A stretch of DNA of 64,000 nt from Selaginella moellendorffii (taxonomy: Eukaryota > Plantae > Lycopodiophyta), in the NCBI RefSeq assembly GCF_000143415.4, contig NW_003314338.1, forward strand, positions 738,216 to 802,215. Reading direction: 5' to 3'. The position numbers were made by a program, and so were the translations under genes. Below, piece by piece: positions 34,791 through 45,467 of this stretch. How positions within the stretch are numbered: position 1 is the first letter of the stretch; each line of letters starts with the position of its first letter. The notes under the pieces are model-generated. The model searched no databases, was not told where the DNA came from, and was given only the letters and a program-made list of their open reading frames with translations.

Positions 34791-35177
34791 TGTCAAGACC
34801 CCCAACAAGATCAAGACTGGAAAATGCTAAAGACAAAGAGAAAAAGCTAGTGAAAACAAAGAAGAGGCCTTAGACTGGTGTTGATTCAGATTGTGGAGAA
34901 ATGGAACAAGGCTAACTTATATATACTATAGGTTGATGAAGCTCCACCACTCTTGAATCGAGGACGGCCTAAATATAGCTGAGGTCGAGGAGGCGCCACA
35001 TCATCATCAGGAATGTGGCTCGAGACTCAGGAATCGGGAAGTGTCTCGAGAGTCAGGAATAGGGAAGTGTCTCGAGAGTCAGGAATAGGGAAGTGTCCCG
35101 AGAGTCAGGAATGTGGTTTGCAGGTCAGGAATCCGGCGAGAGTCAAGAAATTGGCAAGAATTGGGGGATTCCTGACA
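34791..35177 (-). repeat. 5' LTR with TATA box (~34925-34917)
   Basis: Matches the 3' LTR; minus-strand TATATATAA. Confidence 0.97.
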
Positions 35178-35256
35178 ATTGGAAAAGAAAAATTTATGGC
35201 TTACAATTTGGTATTTTCCTCAATTCTAGCAAAGGATAAAAGTGGATTATTGAGAG

Positions 35257-36540
35257 ATGGCTAAAGTAAGGCTTAAAAGAACCAAGGTGGAGACGAAATC
35301 TCCTCCAGAGCTAGAGCCTTTAATCAAACAAGAAGCTATGGATGAAGAATCCTTACACAAAAAAAACTCCAGTGAGGAAATTTTTAAACAAGAGTTCGGT
35401 GGTGAAGTTCGGTCATTCAAGGCTCAATTGGATGTTCTAGAAGGACAATTGGCACAAACCAATGCCTTATTGAAGACTTTCGTATGCAAGTTAAAGCATG
35501 ACAAGAAGCAGAAGAAAAGACAAAAGACTACAAATGTTGACAATGTAGAAGGCGTGGACCCTTTGGTGGGGATTGAGGCAGAACTGAATAAGGTTGAACA
35601 AATCAAAGTGGAATTAATCCTTCATGTAGTTCCTAAGTACAAACTAAAGCCCCCACCAGTCTTCAAGGGAGTGAATAATTATAAAGTGGTGGAGGATTGG
35701 TTTTACGATATGGAGGATTATTTTCAAGTTTTGCAATTATTGAGCTCAAAGAAGCTCTTATATGTAAAACTATACTTGGCAAATAATGCTAAATTTTGGT
35801 GGAGAACAACAAAGGCCAACGAAGGACTGATAGCCTCTTGGGAAATTATGAAGGTAAGGATTCGTACAATTTATATTCCTTTGAATCCTACTCTTCATCT
35901 AAGGGATGAATTGAGTAGGCTGAAGTAGATATGAACCATTTAAGAGTATATGAATGTGTTTATGACGAAGAGGATTTTTGTTATGGACATATATATATAT
36001 AATGACAAAATACATGTCATTATATTACATGGTTTACAGCCAAAGGATACACTTCCCTTCCTGTGAAGGTGCTAATTTGGGAAGCTTTCTCCAAAGCTAG
36101 TGACGATCGGGACAGATACAAGGTAAAGCTTGCTTCTATCGTTTCTTCTTCTTGCTCTCTAGCTAATGCTACACTGAAACAGGATGAAATACGGAAGCTG
36201 CAATTGCAGAAAGCGTTGCTGGAAGGGAAGATCCTAGAGTTACAAGTGCAAAAGAGAAAAACACTTGGATCTCGGGAATGACCCGGATCCCATCCTCCAC
36301 CAGATTCTAAAATATGCCGTTTTAATTGACTTTTTTCTTTCTTTTTGATTCTTTATCTGACTTTCAATTTAGATCTACTTTTGTCATTATATATATATAT
36401 GTCCATAACAAAAATACATTTCACATGATACATTTCATGTCCTCATAGCAAGCTTACAAACTTGGGCTCGAGGCGAGGTGATGTGTTAGAACCCAACCAA
36501 TTATAAGGAAGCATTAGATACAGCTATTAAGGTGTAATTG
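35257..36540 (+). mobile_element. Older gypsy gag remnant, the apparent host of the nested insertion
   Basis: KPPPVFKG...VEDWFYDMEDYF...AKFWW...SWEIMK...LRDELSRLK; degenerate continuation LQTWARGEV..NPTNYKEALDTA after an internal insertion. Confidence 0.8.
35974..36415. mobile_element. Small insertion bounded by perfect 37-bp inverted repeats
   Basis: ATTTTTGTTATGGAC(AT)6AATGACAAAA at 35974-36010 and its exact reverse complement at 36379-36415. Confidence 0.65.
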
Positions 36541-36959
36541 AATGATAACCTATGAAAGGGGAACACAACAAGGTCAAAGTTCACATTTAGCAAAGGAGCC
36601 AAACCAAGGAGAACATATGGCAAAGGGAAATTTAGGAAGTGTTTTTTTAAGAATGAGTCCTTAGGGTTTCGGAAAGGTACATTTGATGGCTAGTGACCAA
36701 ATACATGGGGGAGTCAAGCGAAAAGGGACAAACCCATTGATAAGAAGGTTAAGTTTGCTAGTAGCCTGGGAAACAATGTATGCTTTAACTATGGTGAAGC
36801 AAGACACTCTTTGAGTCAATATAAAATAGAGCAAAAAAGAATTAAAAGCTAAACTCAATTTATTAACACTTGAACAAGGAGGACTAATAAAGGGAATCAA
36901 CAGTATGAACCTTTGCCATTGTGGGAGTAAAAACAGAATATTTGAAAGGACTTGTTAAG

Positions 36960-39100
36960 ATGTAACTTTTAATACCCATAGTCACATTCACAATATTTAT
37001 CAAGTTAAGTTTCTTATAAAAAAATTAACATATCTTCCAACAATTGATTCATGCTCTTTGTCTATCTATTTGATTGTGGATGTTCACCATTACTCATGCT
37101 CATATTTTTATCAAATATCATTTGCCAAAATTTGGATGTGAGTTGTGATCTTGATCACTTACAATATCACTTGGCAAACTATAAAAATTGAATAATAATT
37201 TTATAAATATTTAGATAAGTTTAGGAGTTTTAATTGTTGTTTTCACTAGAAAAATGTGAGCCATTTTTGTCAAATGATCTACAACAACCCAAATAGCATC
37301 ATTTCTTCAAAAAGTCTTAAGCAATGAGATATTATCCCACTTATCTCAAGTACACATAAAGGATGATAGAGGTTAACAAACTTTTGATGATTAATTTTGA
37401 CTGCCTGGCAAATCAAATAACCACATAATTACTTTTTAACATCTAAATTCATCTAAGGCCAAAAGAAATACCTCGGATGCTTAGCACTTGGCACATCATA
37501 AAACTCAATCAAAATCTATTAAATAAGTTTGTCAACATAATAAATTACCATATGCCCTTTTTTTAGTAGAATTCCATTCAAATCTATAAAGGCATCCTTT
37601 AACAAAACTTTATGCAACCATTAGTGATAAAATAGTTAAAATTAATAAATTCTCATTTTATTGTCACCTTTATGCTTGCATCAGATTTTAATAGACATTT
37701 CCTACAAAAACTTTGAAATATTAAAGAGAATGATGGTCTAAATCCATATGAAAGTTTGATCCATATAAAAAATATTGCTATTCCTTTATAGTAACAATCA
37801 TGGCATATAACTCTTTATCTCAAGTAGACCAATTCAAAAGGTTTTATGTAGCACATAGATAAAAAAGAATACTAATGATTGTATATAGAACCATTAAGCT
37901 TTACAGAGTTAATACAAACTTGAGACTTTAGTTATTAAACCTTCACCATAGGAAGACGTTTAAGTTGTATCCACAATAGATTTCACTATATTTATATTAG
38001 CATTATTTAATCCCTTTACAAGGTATTGCAAAGTAAAAAAGAGGCTATTTAGATGAACACTTTTTCAAAGGGGATAATTTTTGCCTTGATATCAAGTTTT
38101 GTGGCAATAAAAACAATTGCCCTCTACTTTGTCTTTCTCCTATTGGTCCGAACAAAATTTCTTAACTTTATTATTATTTGTATTTTGTAAGTTTAGATGC
38201 AATAGCAATTGTTTCTTCCCCAAATATAACATATTGGTTGGCTAGTCATCATGTGGATTACACTATTGACCATTCTATTGACCAAATTTGACTAAGTCGA
38301 CTAGTGGTTTTAGCGAAAATATTTAATTGTAACAATTAAAGAGAATGATTTGAAAAAAATTAAATATATAGAAAAAAAAGCCTATAAATAAGAGTGCACT
38401 TAAAATACTTAAGGTTAAGCATCCTTAGGTTTTAATATTATTGGGTTGAAAAACCCAAATTCAAGAGTTTATATTGATTTTTAGTGATAGTCAATATTGT
38501 GAGAAATTCATTAAACTCAAACTAGTTTATAAGATCAACCTTTTTAAACTTCTTGATGGATGAAGCATAGGAAAAATTTTGTCAAATCACTCTAAGAAGT
38601 TGGCTCAAATTAATTTTGATGGATCTCATGAACTTCTTCAAACTTCTTGACAAACAAAGCATGAAAGCACTTTAATGTAGTTCTTCCACCATGAAAAAGT
38701 GTGAATTGTAAGCTTTGTAATAAAAAAAAGTTAATCACCTTGTCCTTATATAAGGGTTGTGGGACTAATAATCAACCTCTTAGGTATCATAAATATTTGA
38801 TAACAACTTTCATTCCATGATACCATTATCATTGGCATGTGTGATGTACCAATATAATCAAATATGAGATTGATTGAACTTTTCAGGGTCCATGCAAAAC
38901 AAAAAATTCTTAATGAAATTAATGGAATTCTTAAAATCCTTAATGTCACTTTAAACCTTAGCAATTTAGCATCTTTGTCAAGCAATAATCATTATCACGA
39001 ACTCTATGTCAGGATCTATATCTTTCTCTTTTGCCATCCCCAAACAAACATGCTAGGGATTTAACCCTAGGAACTTTACTAAGGCTATATAAGATTTTTA
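36960..39100 (-). mobile_element. Highly degenerate retroelement pol remnants
   Basis: Minus-strand NWST*DKELYAMI and LDHHSL (RNase H-like, ~37720-37835) and NGIME*K (~38805-38826) in AT-rich DNA. Confidence 0.45.
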
Positions 39101-39160
39101 GAATATTCTTATAGTTTGTGTTAATTTTGTGTGAAACTACAGCACACCACATTCATCTCA

Positions 39161-40400
39161 GACTCTCTTTCCATCCAGATTGTGCAAAGCTAGACTGACT
39201 CTTGACTTTTCCTTTGCTTCTCTTTGGCTTGGTCAGCATGATGTGTATCAGAAGTCACCTAGACTAAATGGCTGTATTTGGCAGCCTTACAACAGTATTC
39301 TTTGCACGAGCAACAAAACCATCAGCTTGTGGGACGTGTGCTCCTCACTCTACATCCAAACGTTTTATGGCCACCAAAGCTCTTGCAACCATGCAGCTTT
39401 CGACCCAAAGGTAACAGTTATAAGCTCACTTCCTGCACAGAAAAGCTATAAGCCCAGATGATTTTTGAACCTCTTTGTCTTGAAACTTCCAGGGAGAGAC
39501 GGTGGTGTCTGTCGATGCAAATGGGATCGTAAGGAACTGGGACATTTGCAAAGTTGCCAGAGTACACCTCGTTGGGCCTCATCTGGCAAATAAATGTGCG
39601 ATGGACAAGTGGCTACATCATCGCGATCGCAAGCAGTGACAATACCATCAAATGGTAGTGTCCTCTTTCTCTTTTCCTCCCTGGTTTCTTTCTTCCTTCT
39701 CAGTGACTCTATACGATCTGGCAGCTTCCAAACTTACGGGGAGGTGGTTCCAATTCAAGAGTTTACCAATGTCGTCCAGGTGGTGGAGTTCTATCGAGCT
39801 CTCCACCGGGAGAGATTGCACGTTTCGCATTTGGGGGCCATAGCCATTTGACTTTTGGTGACTTTCTTAAAAGGCAATCATAAAGGGAATTGACTATATA
39901 GTTGAATGGAGCACGCCAAGGGTTTTCCGCAGCTTTGGCTATGGGAAAGGACGATCTCCGTCGTCGGTGGTGGTGCAGACAAGAATAGGGCGACACAACG
40001 ATGAGAGTGGACGAGTGGGACTATTTCCTGGAGGGGACACAGGTGCATGATAGGTTCATTGCATTTGGTGTGGCGAACGGCGATGTGGAAAGGATAGAAA
40101 TGAATTGCACTAAGGTCTCAAGCTTTAGAGATCATGGGGGTCCAAGGGTTGAAGTTTTCAAAACTTTGGATGATGATTTAGTGGAGGGCAAGATCAAACT
40201 TTGGGGTGTGCCAAAAAACCGCATTTTTTGAAAGCACAAAGGGGAAGCCAAAGAAAATCCGCCATGCAAATCTGAAAGTATAAAAAAGACTAATTATGTG
40301 TAAATATATAGGAGTGGTGATCTGCCCATCATCAGAAATCTCAAGTATCTAGCCTCAATCTCAATTTCTTGTTTTCCATGCAAGGAATCCTTGTAGGAGA
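39161..40400 (+). pseudogene. Third, direct partial copy of the PF20 3' exons plus orphan ORF
   Basis: NGCIWQPYNSILCT...FYGHQSSCNHAAFDPK; DCTFRIWGP; MRVDEWDYFLEGT...; frameshifted. Confidence 0.92.
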
Positions 40401-41168
40401 TATGTTTTTCCATGCAAGAAAAGTGGTGAAAAAGGATTAAAAATTGTTAAACAGCTTTGCCTTAAAAGGCAAAAAGAACTTTCAAAAGCCAAGCCAGTTA
40501 AAAGCGAATAAATCTCCTCAAATAGATTATGGTCTTTTCCATCCTCTAACTACAGAACGTGAGAAGCTACTTTTTCTTGGTCAACATGAACACGCTCAGG
40601 TGTATCGATTTTCATCCAAAGTTGTGCCAAACCTCCTCGAGAATCAAGCCTCAAGTATTTCGTTCTTTTATATCTCGTTTCAAGAGAGGGCTTATAACCT
40701 TCACTTTGCAGGAAGTGAGATGCGTTTAGAACTTGGGAAAAACTTAAGGTACCGAGTGGATTGGTAATGATCTGGAAAGTTGCACCAATTCATCCAGCAA
40801 ACAAATGGGAACTTTCATAAAAAGGTGCCAGTTTTGGGCTTTTGGGACGATGGCTCCATCTTTTGTGATGGGGAACGCGTTCTTCGACGATCTCTTGCCA
40901 GACATATACTCCATGGTCGTCGAAAGGATTGGAGGCTATGCGTGCGTCGTAATGCAGACAGGAGCTTTAAAGATTGCCAGGGTCCAAGGATCTCTGGTGA
41001 TTTCCTGGAAAAAAACGCTTGATCATGGACAGGGAAGCCAAAGAAACTAGCTCAAAGGTTATGACTATGCTTTTATTTTATTATACTTTATGAGATTCAT
41101 TTTGTTGTTCAAAAGCGATTAGATTGCCTGCTTTGAAACTATGTGTTTTTTTTTTAATCTTTGTATAT

Positions 41169-43426
41169 CTAGAGTGGCAATGGAGAAACTCTCTCATTCT
41201 TCCGAACACATTTGTTATGGCTCTTGGAAGCTGGCGATGGAGCCTGTGCGAGCGGGGGTGGCGGGAGAGGAGAAGCCTGCGATGAGTGGTGGTGGTGGTG
41301 GTGGTGATGATGATGATGAACCGCCGCAGACAACGATTGATGCTGAGTTCCCTGCTGCTGCTGCTGCTGATGGATCTGGATCTGCGGCGGCCTAGACAGT
41401 GGAGCCGAGTAAGAAACGCTGCCAGCGGCGAGCTTGGTGCAAGGAGCCGGCGATGGCGACAAGGTGGAGGACGCTAGAGGCGGAGGAGGAAGCTTGTGGA
41501 GCTCGCTGACTCGAGGTGGCGACGCAGCGGTGGGAGAGACCGTCGGGGACATCTTTGGAGTTGGAGTGAGAGGCCCGGATTTGTACAAGGGGTCGACTGG
41601 GAGCGTCACGCACGGAGGCGGCGGCTGCGTGAGAGGGCCGCTGCTGGGGATGAGCCTCCTCGGCTTGGACGATGCTGTGGAAGCCAGAGGACCCGATTGG
41701 AAGCGACGAGGAAAGCTTGGGAACGTACTTAGCTTCTTGTGCTGCTGCTGCTGGGGAGGCGAGGGACGGCGAGCTTTGGAGAGATCCGGGCTTGGTATCC
41801 ACGATGGCGATGGAGATCCCGTTGGCTCTGTGACCGAGTACATCGGCGGTGCTGTGGAGTGTTCTTGTGTGTTGGGAGCTGACGAAGAAGTTTGTGTTGG
41901 CCTGTAGAGATGTAAGACGCCTGGATCGCGGCTGCCTTTCCTCCGCAGCCATGAGTTTGTTCTCGAGAAGATCGGCGCCTTCTTGTTGGACACCCCGTCC
42001 AGCATGACTTCGTGGATGCTATTTACACCGTTTGCCTCTGCGAATCTAACCGGGGAGAGTGGAGCCGATCTGCTGCCCGTGTGTGTCTCATACGCAATGC
42101 TACAGTGCTTTGGACTGGTCTCCTCCTGCAGCAAAGTTTGACAGTTAAACAAAAAAGAAAACCAGCTGTTGCACTAAACTTCAAAAAAAGAGTCATGGGA
42201 AGAGTCTTACTTGCTCTAAAGAACTCGACTGGTCGGACTCTTCGGTAGCATCCTTGGTCTTAAAGAATGCATCATTCTCCCCTCCATCCAGATAGTCCAA
42301 CGAGGTATCTAGATTACGTTCTTGCACTATCCGACTTATGCAAGGGTCGGCATCGTCTAGGCAACCAAGGCCTTGTCTAAACAAGTGCATCTGCCAACAA
42401 TACCACGGTTAGCACGTTGGTAGACGTTTTCTTGCAGGAGAAGTAAACCTGAGCTGAGTGATGCCGAGCAGCTTGCGTGAGAAGGTGTCGAGGACGACTT
42501 TGCTCCAGGGAGTGAAGACGGCATCCCAGAAACATGGCCAGCTCGTCAAATTGCTCCTTGGACTCTTGCAGTTGTTGCTCAATCTGCGCTTCGGCTTTCA
42601 CATTCTTGGCTCTGGATTTTCGTAGCCTCATGTGATCGAACAAAATCCTGCGCCACCAATTCGTAAGAACAGCTACATTAATTTACAGAGACTTGCTAGC
42701 TACCTCTTTTCGTCGTATTCTTTCTTCGTTTCCTAAGAAAAGGAGAGGTACGTTTCCAGCTTAAACAAGAAAATCTTGATTACCGAGCATACCTCAATGT
42801 GACCGAGCTCGCTGAGCAAGCCTTCCGCTGGGACCTTCAGCGTTTCAGAGACGTGGAAAGCCTGGAGAGCTCTACAATCAGAAAGTCGCAACAATTAAAG
42901 CCACAACTCACATAAAGATGGAGAAGCCTTGATAGCTCAGACTGTGTCTTGCTGACTTCCTTGAAAGCTGTATCTGCGCACGAAAAAAGATCTTGGAAGC
43001 TCAAAACCACGCATTCTAAGCCGAGCTTACTGATATCTCCGTTGTTGTCCAGAGCAAAGGACTCCACCAAAAATGCAGCCATCTCTTGGATGGCTTCGGA
43101 AAAGCCTGGATCAATGCAAAACAGTCACGCCTGTCCACACGAAGAAAAATAAATTCCAGTCTGACCATAAGCGCGACCCGCGACACGAGAAGAAACCGCG
43201 TGTAACCCTTCGTACTGATTCTTCATGTAGCAAACATCCTGAGCAAGAAATCGCAAAGAACACCCAAGAATGAGGCGAATTTCAGCTCCACAAGAATGCC
43301 AGACTCTCCACAAACCTGCATGCCCCTCGTGATCTCCTCGATATCCTGTGTCGGCTCCAGAGCCGCCGCCGGCGACGATTTCTCCTTGAATCGAGCGAGC
43401 TCCTTGATCTTCTTCCATGACTTCAT
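41169..43426 (-). CDS. At2g33490-like protein (N-terminal BAR-like helical domain, Ser/Pro-rich C-terminus)
   Basis: MKSWKKIKELA; FSEAIQEMAAFL; RLHSLEQSRPRHLLTQAARHHSAQ; SGPL repeats and SPPRVSELHKLPPPP, recognised from memory of this plant family; poly-Q and poly-H tail. Confidence 0.82.
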
Positions 43427-44057
43427 CTCTAGCACGCCACACAGCGTTGCTGATTCGAGAAATACCCCCCTGGAACACTACATTTCACGAGCCGGCCGTG
43501 CGGATCGAGCGCCGGACGCTTTCACGCGGTCGCATCGAAGATCCCGCGACGAATGGAGCGGCTCCATGCCGCGCTCACGCATTCTTCCGCCATAGCTCAG
43601 CACTAAAGGAGAGAGACTACCCTAAAATCCCCTCTCGCTAACCATGCTTTGTTAAGCCCTAAAAACGCGGGGTCTTACGCTAAGTCAGGTCAAAGCCCCG
43701 GAACCTACGCGGTCAAAAGCGGCACGTCAGCTAATATGTTTTGCCGTGCATTGTTGGTCAAACCGAAACTTTATCTGTAAAACTGTCCCAGCCACTTGGC
43801 GGGACAGGACTCATCCACGTGGCGTGCCAGATAAGCCCTATTCTCGGCACCGTTGGATCAAATCTGGTGACTAGGGCCCTCGCGAATTTAGGGCTCCAGG
43901 AGAGAAAGAACACAAAAGAGAAGATCGCTCGTCTCGCTGCAACGGGCTTCTTCGGGCAGCAACGTTGATAGAATCTTGCGAAGGAAGCCCAGGTTTGTGA
44001 TGCGCGATGTGATTTGGATGGATTTAAGCGGAGTTTTCTTGCGATTCTTGTAGAGCA

Positions 44058-45336
44058 ATGGACCGCTATGAGCGAGTGGAGAAGCCACGCAATGAGACCC
44101 CAATCAGTGAGAATGAGATCCGGATTACCACGCAGGGGAAAATGCGCAACTACATTACCTATGCGATTAGCCTGATACAGGTGAAAAGAAGAAGAAAAAT
44201 TCGCGGATTTTCATTTTGTTTCTCTTGTCTTTTGAGCATTGCAGGATAAAGGCTCCGAGGAGATTGTGCTCAAAGCAATGGGACGAGCAATCAACAAAAC
44301 AGTGGCGATTGTCGAGATTGTCAAGGTGGGAGTTCTTCTTTTTTCCTCTCTTTTTTTGTTCTTGCTCGAGGTTTTTGAGCTGAAAACTCGCTGTTCTTGC
44401 AGAGAAGGATTGCTGGCCTGCATCAAATCACCACGATTGGGTCGACTGATATCACGGACTCGTGGAAGCCACTCGAGGAAGGACTTGTTCCGTGAGTATA
44501 TCATGCATCGCTTCTCCTCTTTCTTTTTAACTTGGCTTGCATTCTCACCAGGCTGGAAACGACACGGCACGTATCGCTTATCTGCATTACCCTGTCAACG
44601 AAAGAGCTAGACAAGGATTCCACAGGGTATGTAAGCTCAAGCTCTCTCTCCTTGTTTCCTTCTTCTCTCTTCAGGATTTTCACACTTCCATTACAGGTAT
44701 CAAGCGCCTCTCCCACCTGACCAAGTGAAACAGTCGGGAGAATTCGACTACGATGGAGGAGGTATGTTTCAACTTCACTGGCTTCACTTTAGAACCTCTT
44801 GTTCTCTCGAGCAGAGATTTCACCACAGGGCGGCGGCCGCGGCCGAGGCCGTGGCGGCGGCGGCGGTCGAGGTAGAGGAGGTGCGTATTCTTCTCACTTT
44901 TTTTCCATTCACTGTGAGAGTCACTTCGCAAAAGGCTTTTTGTTTTACTTTTTCGTCGCTCGTTTTCATAGACTCTCTTCGTTTTCTCAAAGTCTAGAAA
45001 GCTACGTCCTTATAGCTTTGATCCAGACCAAGTTGCTGAAAAAATTCTCTCTTTTTGTCCTTTTCTCCAGTGTTTGTAGGCAACAATCCAGCGGCTGGAC
45101 GTGTCCGAGGCCGAGGCCGGGGCCGTGGAGGCCGAGGTCGAGGCCGAGGTGGTGGAGAGGGAGGAGGGGAGACATCATACCAAGAAGGCCCTCACACCGA
45201 AGAGACCGGAGGAGAGGCTGTCCGAGGACGAGGTACTCTTAAAAACGTTGATAACTTATCTTTGATCACTTGGTTTCTATGCACAGGACGTGGACGTGGC
45301 CGTGGACGAGGCCGAGGCCGCGCGGGCGTTGCTTGA
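44058..45336 (+). CDS. ALBA: Alba DNA/RNA-binding protein (Rpp25-like) with RG-rich tail
   Basis: MDRYERVEKPRNETPISENEIRITTQGKMRNYITYA, IVLKAMGRAINKTV, RRIAGLHQ; GRGRG repeats. Confidence 0.95.
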
Positions 45337-45467
45337 TATCTCCTTAGTGGTCCCCTCTACAGTAGAAGTCCTTTTGAAAATTTTTGGCGAATTCTTTTTG
45401 TACACTCGAAATCACTGGTAGGCTTCCGCTAGGCTTCCGCTTTTGTTTTGTTCCTGTTCGTTTGTCT

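Larger units (their letters stand above)
29592..35177 (-). mobile_element. Full-length Ty3/gypsy chromovirus LTR retrotransposon (Tcn1/sushi-like)
   Basis: TG...CA LTRs 29592-29978 and 34791-35177 (387 bp each, ~7 mismatches by eye); TSD ATTGG at 29587-29591 and 35178-35182; polypurine tract next to the 3' LTR; gag and pol inside. Confidence 0.98.
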
